This document shows, piece after piece, positions 25,580 through 33,511 of a stretch of 43,084 nucleotides of DNA. The notes beneath the pieces were generated by a model. That model did no database searches. It saw nothing but the letters and a program-made list of their open reading frames with translations, and was not told the DNA's origin. Each line of letters begins with the position of its first letter. Position 1 is the first letter of the stretch. The position numbers were made by a program, and so were the translations under genes. The DNA is from Arenimonas sp. GTDB taxonomy: Bacteria; Pseudomonadota; Gammaproteobacteria; Xanthomonadales; Xanthomonadaceae. The stretch is from the NCBI GenBank assembly GCA_041671585.1, contig JBAZBG010000001.1, forward strand, positions 1 to 43,084, written 5' to 3'.

Positions 25580-25941
25580 GCGAGGGGACTACCTGTTACG
25601 AGCGCGACGAAACTTTATGTGAGGACCAGATGTGCTTACGCATGGGATGCCGCATTCGTAATGAACGTCTGGGCATGAGTGAGCGCACGCCGAACGAGCA
25701 CGAGTATCTAGTCAAATCCGTTGACGTGCTGGAAAGTAACGCCAGGGTGCAGGCCAAGCTATTGGCAGATACAGGACGCCAGCGTGACGCGCTGGTGAAG
25801 GCGCTAGAATCCACGCTGTGCGAACTCACGGCCTGCGGCAAACAACTTGGCGCTAGAGAGGGCGGCAGCGTTTGGTACGCACAGGAGAAGGCGCGGCGCA
25901 TCCTCGCTGCTGTCGGATCACCAACAGGGGAACGGACATGA
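25576..25941 (+). CDS. Hypothetical protein
   Basis: ATGA coupled. Confidence 0.6.
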   Translation: MSEGTTCYERDETLCEDQMCLRMGCRIRNERLGMSERTPNEHEYLVKSVDVLESNARVQAKLLADTGRQRDALVKALESTLCELTACGKQLGAREGGSVWYAQEKARRILAAVGSPTGERT

Positions 25942-26312
25942 GTTGTATGCAATGCCCGGCGTCAATATGCCCGCTGATCGCGCCGAAGGGTTCGCCGTGG
26001 ACCGGAGAGTATGGCGGCCCTTGCCCTGATCATGATGACCTAGACACGGACGGCTGCCCGTGGTGGTCGATGGCCTGCTCTGTCGGCGGCATCCAGCATC
26101 AGGTTGAGGAAGCGGCGGCAAGCGGCGGCAAGTCCTTTGTGATCGGCCCGAACTACCCGCACCGCGACACGATCGGAAACTCCCGCACATACGATTGCCC
26201 GAAGGTTTCCGTCTGCCGCTGGCAGGAGCAAGCCGAGAAAGCCGGCCGCGCTCTTTGCCCGCCACGTGATGCTCTCTCGCGCGGGATGGACCCGCGCGTG
26301 TGCAATTTCTGA
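25938..26312 (+). CDS. Cys-rich hypothetical protein
   Basis: Numerous Cys; ATGA coupled. Confidence 0.55.
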   Translation: MSCMQCPASICPLIAPKGSPWTGEYGGPCPDHDDLDTDGCPWWSMACSVGGIQHQVEEAAASGGKSFVIGPNYPHRDTIGNSRTYDCPKVSVCRWQEQAEKAGRALCPPRDALSRGMDPRVCNF

Positions 26313-26368
26313 GGTGCGGCCATGACCGCATCCACGGTGTCTCCGGCAGAACGCGAGACGGATAAGCC

Positions 26369-26719
26369 ATGATCCTGCCCGAGGTCACCACGGCAGAAGC
26401 CCTTGCCCAGCATCTCGGCTGGCCGGAAAGACGTGTGCGAAGGATCGCAAGGGCTCTTGGTGCGTGCCTCGTTTCGGGCGATAGTATGGTGCTTACCGAA
26501 AAAGACGTTCTCAAAATCATGGAGTCGCAGCGATGTCGCTCAAGCTCTACAGGCGCGGCGAAATCTGGCACTACCGGGGGACAATCGGGCCAGCCGAGAA
26601 ACGGTGCCGACTTGGGGGATCTTGCAAAACGGGAGACCGGGATCAAGCGGCGCGTCAGGTTGCCGAGATCGAAGCCCGATACTGGAAAGGTTGTTTCGAT
26701 GGTCCGGGCTCGATCCTGA
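26369..26719 (+). CDS. Putative excisionase/recombination directionality factor
   Basis: wHTH-like T.E.LA.HLGW.ERRVR..AR.LG; overlaps the int 5' end. Confidence 0.5.
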   Translation: MILPEVTTAEALAQHLGWPERRVRRIARALGACLVSGDSMVLTEKDVLKIMESQRCRSSSTGAAKSGTTGGQSGQPRNGADLGDLAKRETGIKRRVRLPRSKPDTGKVVSMVRARS

Positions 26720-27540
26720 CCTTTGCCCAGGCCGCCGCATTGTTCGAGGCCGCCGGCAAGCCCACTACATTCCTTGAACCGATCAAGGACTATTTCAAGG
26801 AGACGCTGGTCAAGGATATCACCAGCGGCACGGTGCGAACAATGGCGATTGAACTCTACGGGCATTGCAGCGGGGCGAGCCGGAACCGGCTGGCGATCAC
26901 CCCGACGCAATCGGTCATCAACTTCAACGCCGAATCCGATCGGTGTTCGCCGATCCGGGTCAAGCGGTTCAAGGCCGAAACGAAGGTCAAGGTTCCGGCC
27001 ACGCTGCAATGGGTGAAGGCTTTCGCGGTCGAGGCGCCGGCCCACCTCGGGGCCTATGCCCTGTTCATGTTCCTGACCGGCTGCCGGCCGAGCGAGGCGC
27101 TGAATGTCCGCTGGGAGGATATCAGCCTCAACGGCTGCACGGCGCTGATACGAGAGACGAAGGTCTCTACCGAGCGCACCGCGCATCTGCCGACCTCGCT
27201 AGTAACGGCGCTGGCGAACATCCCGCGCGTGAATGATCGGCCGGTGTTCATCTATCGGACCTATGACGACATGATGCAGCTTTGGAACGCTACCATTGAA
27301 CGTGCAAAGATCCCGCGCCTTACGCCGCATTGCTGCCGTCACGGCTTCGCTACCGAACTGCTGCGGGCCGGTGTCGATGTCGTCACCGTGGCCTGGCTGG
27401 GCGGCTGGAGTTCACCGGCCCAGGTGTTCAAGACCTACGGCCATGCGCTCAAGGATCGGACGCTTACGGACGTGCTGACTGGCACGAAATTGACACAGCC
27501 AATCTTGGCAGCGGTCGAATCGTTAGAAAAGACAGCATAA
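26533..27540 (+). CDS. int: Tyrosine integrase
   Basis: TGCRPSEA, K, HCCRH, GGW, Y catalytic motifs. Confidence 0.92.
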   Translation: MSLKLYRRGEIWHYRGTIGPAEKRCRLGGSCKTGDRDQAARQVAEIEARYWKGCFDGPGSILTFAQAAALFEAAGKPTTFLEPIKDYFKETLVKDITSGTVRTMAIELYGHCSGASRNRLAITPTQSVINFNAESDRCSPIRVKRFKAETKVKVPATLQWVKAFAVEAPAHLGAYALFMFLTGCRPSEALNVRWEDISLNGCTALIRETKVSTERTAHLPTSLVTALANIPRVNDRPVFIYRTYDDMMQLWNATIERAKIPRLTPHCCRHGFATELLRAGVDVVTVAWLGGWSSPAQVFKTYGHALKDRTLTDVLTGTKLTQPILAAVESLEKTA

Positions 27541-27705
27541 TTTGACTTAAGCAGGTTCCCGCTGTTTGAACCGGGTTAAAATTCACGGGGCCGAAATTCC
27601 CCATATTTAAAGGAGCTTTAGCGCGATGACAGATTCGAAAAATGGCCAAACTACCGTGAACGATCCGCGAACTCAGGCGGGTGCTGACACAGAACTGACA
27701 CAGCC
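27479..27705. other. Putative attP (arm-type repeats flanking an AT-richer core)
   Basis: CTGGCACGAAATTGACACAGCC (27479) and CTGACACAGAACTGACACAGCC (27684), 18/22 identical. Confidence 0.55.
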
Positions 27706-28213
27706 GCGTTCGCCGGATGTTCGCGGTTGGACCTACTTCGTGCGCGATGGCGACATGATCAAGATCGGATCTTCGATGAGGCCGCGAGATCGGATTGGCG
27801 CTTTGCAGACCGGAAGTTCAAGGTCCCTCGAAACCTTGGCGATCGTATCCATGGAGATTGCAGACGAGTTCGGCACTCACCAGCGATTTTCCCACCTTCG
27901 CGTCCGCGGGGAGTGGTTCCGAGCTGAGCCGGATTTGCTCCAGTTCATTAAGAAGGTCAAAGCGCAAATGACCCGAAGGGCCACCAGTTCAGCCCCCAAG
28001 GTCGATCCGGTTATGACCGGACTGCTTCTGATGAGGAAGGCGCACGGCGCGGATACCCCGATGGGCTGCGCCTGCTCGAACCTTGCCGAGCAGATTCAGG
28101 TGATGGCCACATACGAAAGGCCAGCGTGGGCCACACACGAATGCCAGACGCTGCCTTGGATGATGGAACAGCAGATGAAGCGCATTGAGGCACTCAAGTC
28201 CGCGAACAACTGA
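27626..28213 (+). CDS. GIY-YIG (T5orf172/MUG113-like) domain protein
   Basis: YFV....IKIG.S..P..R...LQTG...E...H..F...RVRGEWF. Confidence 0.8.
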   Translation: MTDSKNGQTTVNDPRTQAGADTELTQPRSPDVRGWTYFVRDGDMIKIGSSMRPRDRIGALQTGSSRSLETLAIVSMEIADEFGTHQRFSHLRVRGEWFRAEPDLLQFIKKVKAQMTRRATSSAPKVDPVMTGLLLMRKAHGADTPMGCACSNLAEQIQVMATYERPAWATHECQTLPWMMEQQMKRIEALKSANN

Positions 28214-28250
28214 ACCTTAAAAGCCGCTACGGGCGGCAGGAGGATGACAG

Positions 28251-28475
28251 ATGGCTTACGGAATCCAAGACCCAATCGACCTCGCCCGCGTGATCGCAGG
28301 CATGTCCTACGGCGGCCTGCTGGAAGTGGCGCGTGACCTTGTGGACATGAACAAGGATGAGGACGTTAAGCGTGACGTTGGGACCGAACACGGGATGGCG
28401 GATACCCTGTACGATTGGGCGAAAGCCCAGGTCGAAACGGCCGACGAAGAGGCCCGGCTTGCCAAGGCCGCATAA
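28251..28475 (+). CDS. Hypothetical protein
   Basis: AGGAGG RBS. Confidence 0.6.
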   Translation: MAYGIQDPIDLARVIAGMSYGGLLEVARDLVDMNKDEDVKRDVGTEHGMADTLYDWAKAQVETADEEARLAKAA

Positions 28476-28498
28476 CCAATTTCCAAAGGAGTGTTGTG

Positions 28499-28723
28499 AT
28501 GGCGAAGAGAGCAGAGACCGGCTGGGCTATCGTCGGGAACCATGGCCTCTACACGGGCTGGCGACTAACCCGCCGCGATGCAATCGAAGACCACATTTCG
28601 GACCTTTACGGCGCCACGGGCTGGGGCCGTGGATTGAACGAGGAACAGCAGTCAGCGTGGAGGAAGTGCCGTCATAACGGCGATCGCGCGGTCAAAGTCA
28701 CCCTCACTTACGATCATCAATAA
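28499..28723 (+). CDS. Hypothetical protein
   Basis: AAGGAG RBS; GLY.G...TRRDAI..H...W......G.RAVKV. Confidence 0.6.
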   Translation: MAKRAETGWAIVGNHGLYTGWRLTRRDAIEDHISDLYGATGWGRGLNEEQQSAWRKCRHNGDRAVKVTLTYDHQ

Positions 28724-28739
28724 ACACGGAGCAGACAAG

Positions 28740-29006
28740 ATGCCATTCCCAAGTGCAGCCCACGATGCAGCCCAGCGCGCCTATGGTATCCTTTGGCGCG
28801 ACCCATCAAGCTCGATCCATTCCAAGGCGGCGCGAAAAGAGCTATTTGACGCCCTATCACACGAGGAGCGCCGCGCTGGAATCGCATGGGCAATGGATTT
28901 GTTTGGCCCGATGAGCGACCGGGAGATGATGATGGCAGACATGCGCGTCGGCGTGTTCCCGAATAGGTCAACGGAATCTGTGGCAGTCTCGAATGGAGAG
29001 CGTTGA
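28740..29006 (+). CDS. Hypothetical protein
   Basis: GGAG RBS. Confidence 0.55.
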   Translation: MPFPSAAHDAAQRAYGILWRDPSSSIHSKAARKELFDALSHEERRAGIAWAMDLFGPMSDREMMMADMRVGVFPNRSTESVAVSNGER

Positions 29007-29230
29007 TGAGCGCGTACTGCAACGTCGAATTTGATGGTCTTGGGATGGTTTGCCGAAGGTGCGGGAGTTGGAATCGCGGGAGCGAATATCCCGAGTGCCC
29101 GCCCTACATTACTCGACTTGAGCCTGATGGGAAGCGTCTACCCCACATCAAGACGCCGGAAGAAAATACAAAAGCGTGGGTAACGTGGTCCGCGTATGAG
29201 GACATGCAGCACCCAGCACCCCAATCCTGA
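29003..29230 (+). CDS. Hypothetical Cys-containing protein
   Basis: Overlapping start; CRRCG. Confidence 0.5.
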   Translation: MMSAYCNVEFDGLGMVCRRCGSWNRGSEYPECPPYITRLEPDGKRLPHIKTPEENTKAWVTWSAYEDMQHPAPQS

Positions 29231-29251
29231 CCGAACATTGAGGATGAGAAC

Positions 29252-29422
29252 ATGACAGACGACGATTCAGACGAAACGGAAGGACGCCGCTTATACCGCG
29301 ATCGTGCCGACGTGCTAGCCAAGTCGCAAGTCGCTTACGGAAAGAGGCGGGTTAGGCCTCTAAAAGAACCGGAGAAAGATGATCCAGGCAGGCCGGTGCC
29401 AAAGCACGGCTCTGGACCATGA
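29252..29422 (+). CDS. Hypothetical protein (56 aa, not in ORF track)
   Basis: GAGGA RBS; bounded by 20-bp direct repeats. Confidence 0.5.
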   Translation: MTDDDSDETEGRRLYRDRADVLAKSQVAYGKRRVRPLKEPEKDDPGRPVPKHGSGP

Positions 29423-29444
29423 CCGAACATCGAGGATGACGACT

Positions 29445-29582
29445 ATGCTGTATAAGATGGAGGAGACACGGGAAGATCAGTGGACGATCTATCGGCGTGT
29501 TTGGTTTTGGTGGAGGCCCATCATGGTTCGATCTGGCTTTGAACGCGCCGTCGCTGCCGTCCGTGCGCTTAAACACTCTTGA
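29445..29582 (+). CDS. Hypothetical protein
   Basis: GAGGA RBS. Confidence 0.45.
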   Translation: MLYKMEETREDQWTIYRRVWFWWRPIMVRSGFERAVAAVRALKHS

Positions 29583-29598
29583 GCAGGGAGTAATACCG

Positions 29599-29796
29599 AT
29601 GAAATGTGCCTGCCCTTCAAACGACGCTCATAACTGCTGGGCGCTGCGGTATCACGGCCATACGGGGGTGTCCGAACTGACCGTCAACAACGAGGGCGGT
29701 CCTTGTGAGTGCGCCTGCCACGGCGACGGCGTGTACGAATGTGACGACTGGGAGGACGATACCCGGCCGTTGGTCGCCGCGCCACCCCAATCATAA
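29599..29796 (+). CDS. Cys-rich microprotein
   Basis: CAC...DA..C...RY...CECACH; GGGAG RBS. Confidence 0.55.
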   Translation: MKCACPSNDAHNCWALRYHGHTGVSELTVNNEGGPCECACHGDGVYECDDWEDDTRPLVAAPPQS

Positions 29797-29809
29797 ACAG
29801 GGAGCCACG

Positions 29810-29998
29810 ATGAAGATCGGCGACAGGTGCAGGATTACCCAAGAGCTTCTTGCGATGCAGCCCCGTCGCAGGTCAAAAACCGTGGGAACAATCGTTCGAG
29901 AATCGGGAGAGTGTTGGGTGGTGCAGATCGACAACAAGGCAGGAGCCGACAGGATCTATAAGGGGTACGTCGAACCCGAATGTCACCCGCAGTACTAA
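29810..29998 (+). CDS. SH3/KOW-like small protein
   Basis: MKIGDR......GTIV.....W.VQ.D. Confidence 0.5.
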   Translation: MKIGDRCRITQELLAMQPRRRSKTVGTIVRESGECWVVQIDNKAGADRIYKGYVEPECHPQY

Positions 29999-30176
29999 AC
30001 AGAGACCACCATTATGGATATCACCGGGGCGCTGCTGTACTACAATCCAAAGCCCAAGAAGGGCCGCTACGGGCGGGTACGGCGAAAGTCTTTCGCGTGG
30101 TTCGGGTCATGGGCCCACCGAACCAGGACGGCCCGTAAGGGCGCCTATCGCCCACGATCCTAAGCGAGGAACCCCG

Positions 30177-30329
30177 ATGATCCAATTGCCTCTAATGGTC
30201 GGGATGTGTTTCGTCGCCATGTTCGGCGCCATCGTCGTTCGCCCTCGTCGGCTACAAATCGCGGCCGTGGTATTGGCGGTCTGCCAAGTCGGCATTACGA
30301 TCTACTATGTGGCGTCACGTACCCAGTGA
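30177..30329 (+). CDS. Small two-TM membrane protein
   Basis: GAGGA RBS; two hydrophobic helices. Confidence 0.5.
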   Translation: MIQLPLMVGMCFVAMFGAIVVRPRRLQIAAVVLAVCQVGITIYYVASRTQ

Positions 30330-30349
30330 TGGCCAAACAGAGAGGTACC

Positions 30350-30457
30350 ATGGAAGAATTAGCAAAATGGATGATGGGAAGCGTTCTGGTCACAGCTGGC
30401 GCTATCTCGATGGGATATGGCGCCGGATTGATGTGGCGCGCGTGGTGGGCTGCATGA
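30350..30457 (+). CDS. Small membrane peptide
   Basis: GAGG RBS; one hydrophobic helix. Confidence 0.4.
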   Translation: MEELAKWMMGSVLVTAGAISMGYGAGLMWRAWWAA

Positions 30458-30474
30458 GGGCAAGGCATCTGAAC

Positions 30475-30524
30475 AAAAAATGAGCCCGCCAACCGTAGCC
30501 CCAAGGGGTTCGGCTGACGGGCTC
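30475..30524 (-). terminator. Terminator of the late operon at the convergence point
   Basis: GAGCCCGTCAGCCG..CGGTTGGCGGGCTC-ATTTTTT. Confidence 0.7.
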
Positions 30525-30585
30525 TAGTCTGGGGAGTTGAACTCGCAGGGCGAGCTACTTACCGGCAAGGAAGGGAGCCGAACAG

Positions 30586-30969
30586 TTACGAAGCGCCGAG
30601 AGGCGCAAACACGCATTTCGTTTCGACGGGGAATCCCCAAACGCACCGCCAATAAAACCGATCAATCGATGGCGCGGCCTTGTTGAACTTCACGACCTCA
30701 CCATCAGGGAAATGATACCCGTCAGGTCTGACCTTGATCTGATCGACCGTGTAGGCTTGGCAATCGTTATTACCGCAACAATATTGCCCGATGGCGTTCT
30801 GGCGCTTTTCTTGGCCGATCCAGTTTTCGGGGTTATCATGGGCGAGCGCGCCACTGACGAGCATGAGAATCAACCCGATAAGCATCAGCGGCCCGGCTGC
30901 CCCGTTGTGCTTATCGCAGAGCATCAGCCATACGCCGAGCAATCCGATAATGGCGCCGATCGCGATCAT
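30586..30969 (-). CDS. Exported Cys-rich protein
   Basis: Hydrophobic N-terminus ending ALA-H; CCG..DC; SID....C.....CVF. Confidence 0.6.
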   Translation of the reverse strand: MIAIGAIIGLLGVWLMLCDKHNGAAGPLMLIGLILMLVSGALAHDNPENWIGQEKRQNAIGQYCCGNNDCQAYTVDQIKVRPDGYHFPDGEVVKFNKAAPSIDRFYWRCVWGFPVETKCVFAPLGAS

Positions 30970-31133
30970 TTGAACCACCACACTAGCCAGAGCACGGCAG
31001 CCAGAGTCCACGCGGCCCAGATCATCCATGCCCCTTGGAAATCCCCCGGCGACGACCTCATGCCGTTGGCAAATAGGACCGCGACGGACCATACGGCTGC
31101 TGCAATGGTCCCGAAGATTGCGAGGACGATCAT
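30966..31133 (-). CDS. Small two-TM protein (55 aa, not in ORF track)
   Basis: ATGA overlaps at both ends. Confidence 0.55.
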   Translation of the reverse strand: MIVLAIFGTIAAAVWSVAVLFANGMRSSPGDFQGAWMIWAAWTLAAVLWLVWWFK

Positions 31134-31219
31134 ATCAGCCCCACCGTCTTAGCCGCCGCCACTACAAACACCATGAGAGGAGCGGTGCAGATCAGGAGCC
31201 AGCCGAAGAATGTTTTCAT
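31130..31219 (-). CDS. Hydrophobic peptide (29 aa)
   Basis: TGATG/ATGA overlaps. Confidence 0.35.
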   Translation of the reverse strand: MKTFFGWLLICTAPLMVFVVAAAKTVGLI

Positions 31220-31887
31220 CAGCCAGCGTCCACGAATGCGAGAATCCGATGGCGGCTATAGGTTCCTTCATGAACCGTGCGGCTGCCTCCCTTGCGCCTT
31301 CCGGCGTTGCCTGAGACGATGATCGGATTGCCCTTGGCATCGAAGCCTGAGACGACACCGACGTGCCCGCCGCCTCGCCTGCCCATTACAGCGATATCCC
31401 CGACGCGACCGGAAGTTCTGGGGAGTTGGAGCCAGTCCTTTGCGTAGTTCGGGTTCTTGACCTTGGCGGCAGCAGCAGGGGCCACCATCGCCATGAACCG
31501 GCCGCACCAGAGCGAACGCCATCCGGTCGGGTTGGTCCCCAGATAGGCGCGGGCTTGGGCTACCAGGGAATTGCCAATGGCGGCGGTGCTGGCCTGATGC
31601 GAAACAGCCAACTTATGCCCGTTTTTATTGGCTATCGCCCCGGTGCTGAGATTGGCTTTAGGAGCCCGTACAGCCCGCCTCACGACAGGCCCGCCGAACC
31701 CCACTTCTCTGGCGATATAGCGCCCTCTGTCCGTCCTGACTTGATCTGGGGTGGATGCAGAAGGGGTGACGCAGGGAAAAGTTATGTTGCACTCAGGGTG
31801 CATAGCTGGAGTGCGGACCTTTCGGGCATGGGCTGGCGAAGCCACCAACAGACATGCGAAAGTGACCGCACAAGTGATGCGCAGCAT
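31219..31887 (-). CDS. Secreted CHAP/NlpC-like (TIGR02594-type) peptidase
   Basis: Signal peptide; AR.YLG.NPTG...LWCG.F, GDIAV..R.GGGHVG, IIVSGN. Confidence 0.75.
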   Translation of the reverse strand: MLRITCAVTFACLLVASPAHARKVRTPAMHPECNITFPCVTPSASTPDQVRTDRGRYIAREVGFGGPVVRRAVRAPKANLSTGAIANKNGHKLAVSHQASTAAIGNSLVAQARAYLGTNPTGWRSLWCGRFMAMVAPAAAAKVKNPNYAKDWLQLPRTSGRVGDIAVMGRRGGGHVGVVSGFDAKGNPIIVSGNAGRRKGGSRTVHEGTYSRHRILAFVDAG

Positions 31888-31907
31888 ATTGAATCTCCTG
31901 TGATGAT

Positions 31908-32411
31908 TTAGAGAGGGGCGAACTCGCCGAAGTATTTGGCTTCAGCCGCCTTCCGTGCGGCGATTGCCTCAGCTTTTGTATCGTACCTGACTTGAAATTT
32001 TTTATAGCCAATGCCGATATGGGCTTTCCACTTGCCCCGGCGCTTGTCCCACGAAACCCCGCTAACTCCGCTCGTGCTGCGACGAGACAGCCCGGAGTTT
32101 TGGCGGTTCTGAGAGGTTGTCACAGACCGAAGATTTGAAATCGCATTATTCGCCCTATTGCGGTCAATGTGATCTATTTCAGATGGCCACTCTCCGTGAA
32201 CATAGAACCACGCCAACCGATGCGCCAAAAATAGCTCGCCACCAACGCCGACGCGGATGTATCCATAGGGCGGCATAACATTGCCAGCCACGGCGCCAGC
32301 TAATCCCCGGCTTTCACGAGCGACCCAAGTAAAAACACCCGTCTCTCGATCGTAGTTCAGAAGCGATCGGAGGCGCTCCAAAGTTAGTTTCCGCGCTATA
32401 GGTTTCGGCAA
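31908..32411 (-). CDS. HNH-AP2 homing endonuclease
   Basis: LNYD.ETGVFTW, AHRLAW, IDHIDRNRANNAISNLR, SGVSGVSW...KW.A.I. Confidence 0.85.
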   Translation of the reverse strand: MPKPIARKLTLERLRSLLNYDRETGVFTWVARESRGLAGAVAGNVMPPYGYIRVGVGGELFLAHRLAWFYVHGEWPSEIDHIDRNRANNAISNLRSVTTSQNRQNSGLSRRSTSGVSGVSWDKRRGKWKAHIGIGYKKFQVRYDTKAEAIAARKAAEAKYFGEFAPL

Positions 32412-32467
32412 ATCAGATGCTCCAAATCACCATTATTTCTAGCATATTTTGAAACAAAACGGAATCC

Positions 32468-32785
32468 CTACTTCCCCAGCATCGTCTTGATGCCGAGCCA
32501 TAACGCTCCGAGGAAGCCGGTGACGATGATGGTAACGATGGTTTTGAAGGCGTAGGTTTGCGTTTGCTCTATGCTCTTTCGCCAGCGCCGCAGGTGGCGA
32601 AAATCGGCCTGCATCTCCTTGCGGTCTTCCTCCTCGATTCCGAACGAGGTCAACAGCGTTGTGATAGTCCGCAGAACAACGTCGTCAATATTGTCCTCAT
32701 GCAGGCGCTTTTGCTCTGCCAAGACCTCCGCAACGACTGCTCTGACTTCGTGTTCGTGCATAGATTCTTCACCTTTGGGCGGCAT
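32468..32785 (-). CDS. Lysis-module membrane protein (C-terminal TM)
   Basis: Coiled region, DF.HLRRWR, one C-terminal TM. Confidence 0.55.
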   Translation of the reverse strand: MPPKGEESMHEHEVRAVVAEVLAEQKRLHEDNIDDVVLRTITTLLTSFGIEEEDRKEMQADFRHLRRWRKSIEQTQTYAFKTIVTIIVTGFLGALWLGIKTMLGK

Positions 32786-32874
32786 TCCTATTCCTAGCCT
32801 TCAATGGAAATTCACGTTCCGTTGGGGGTCAGGCTCGGCTCACCGTTTGCGCGATGAGTCGGGCCGCTTGGTAC

Positions 32875-33279
32875 TCAACGCTTTAGAATTCTCGCCACGT
32901 TCTCAAATCCACGCTTGCCGAAATAGAACATGACAACGAGATTTGCGGTTGTCGCGGCAAAGCCGCCAGTAGGGTCGCCTTTAGCACCAAGGCCGTCAGT
33001 TACGCCGAGCCCTAGCACTTTATCCCACACCAGCAACTTGCCGAAGTATATGGCGACGAAGTACCCCATCAGCTTGTCAGGCTCGTACCAATGCCCGATC
33101 TCTGCTATACGATACTGCATGATAGCATTGGTTTCGGAGACTTGCGCGGCGATCTCGGAAGACGCGGTTTCGCTGGCGATCTTTTCGGATGTGTTCCCGG
33201 CCGCGAGCTTGGCCTTGTATCCATCGATCAGCCCTTTGACGACAGGCCCGCCGATGAAGCTGAGCAAGGTCATCCACAT
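32875..33279 (-). CDS. Putative holin
   Basis: Hydrophobic segments, FYFGKRG.E C-terminus; downstream of endolysin. Confidence 0.55.
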   Translation of the reverse strand: MWMTLLSFIGGPVVKGLIDGYKAKLAAGNTSEKIASETASSEIAAQVSETNAIMQYRIAEIGHWYEPDKLMGYFVAIYFGKLLVWDKVLGLGVTDGLGAKGDPTGGFAATTANLVVMFYFGKRGFENVARILKR

Positions 33280-33280
33280 C

Positions 33281-33511
33281 TCAGAGCGTCCTGCGTCGTG
33301 CGATCTCAGTAAGGATGCCAGCAACCGCAACAGCGCAGAGCATCTTGAAAACAGCCTTGGCGTCCATGCTCGTCAGTTGCGTGAAGTCGTATCCAGCAAA
33401 GGCATAGATCACTCCTGCCGCGACAATGCCGCCGATATATTGGATGCGCGCCCATAGGATCGTAAGCGAGTCCTTGAAGAACGCCTTAACTTTGTCAAAA
33501 GTCGAAATCAT
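33281..33511 (-). CDS. Small two-TM holin-like protein
   Basis: S.TILWAR..; two TMs; RRRT end; ATGA-coupled to endolysin. Confidence 0.5.
   Translation of the reverse strand: MISTFDKVKAFFKDSLTILWARIQYIGGIVAAGVIYAFAGYDFTQLTSMDAKAVFKMLCAVAVAGILTEIARRRTL

Noticed and set aside
25918-27186. 422-aa - strand ORF
   Set aside because: Antisense shadow of the integrase and upstream genes.
28721-30345. CRISPR array or integron attC cassettes
   Set aside because: The repeats are few, degenerate and separated by whole genes; no cas genes or attC-type palindromes.
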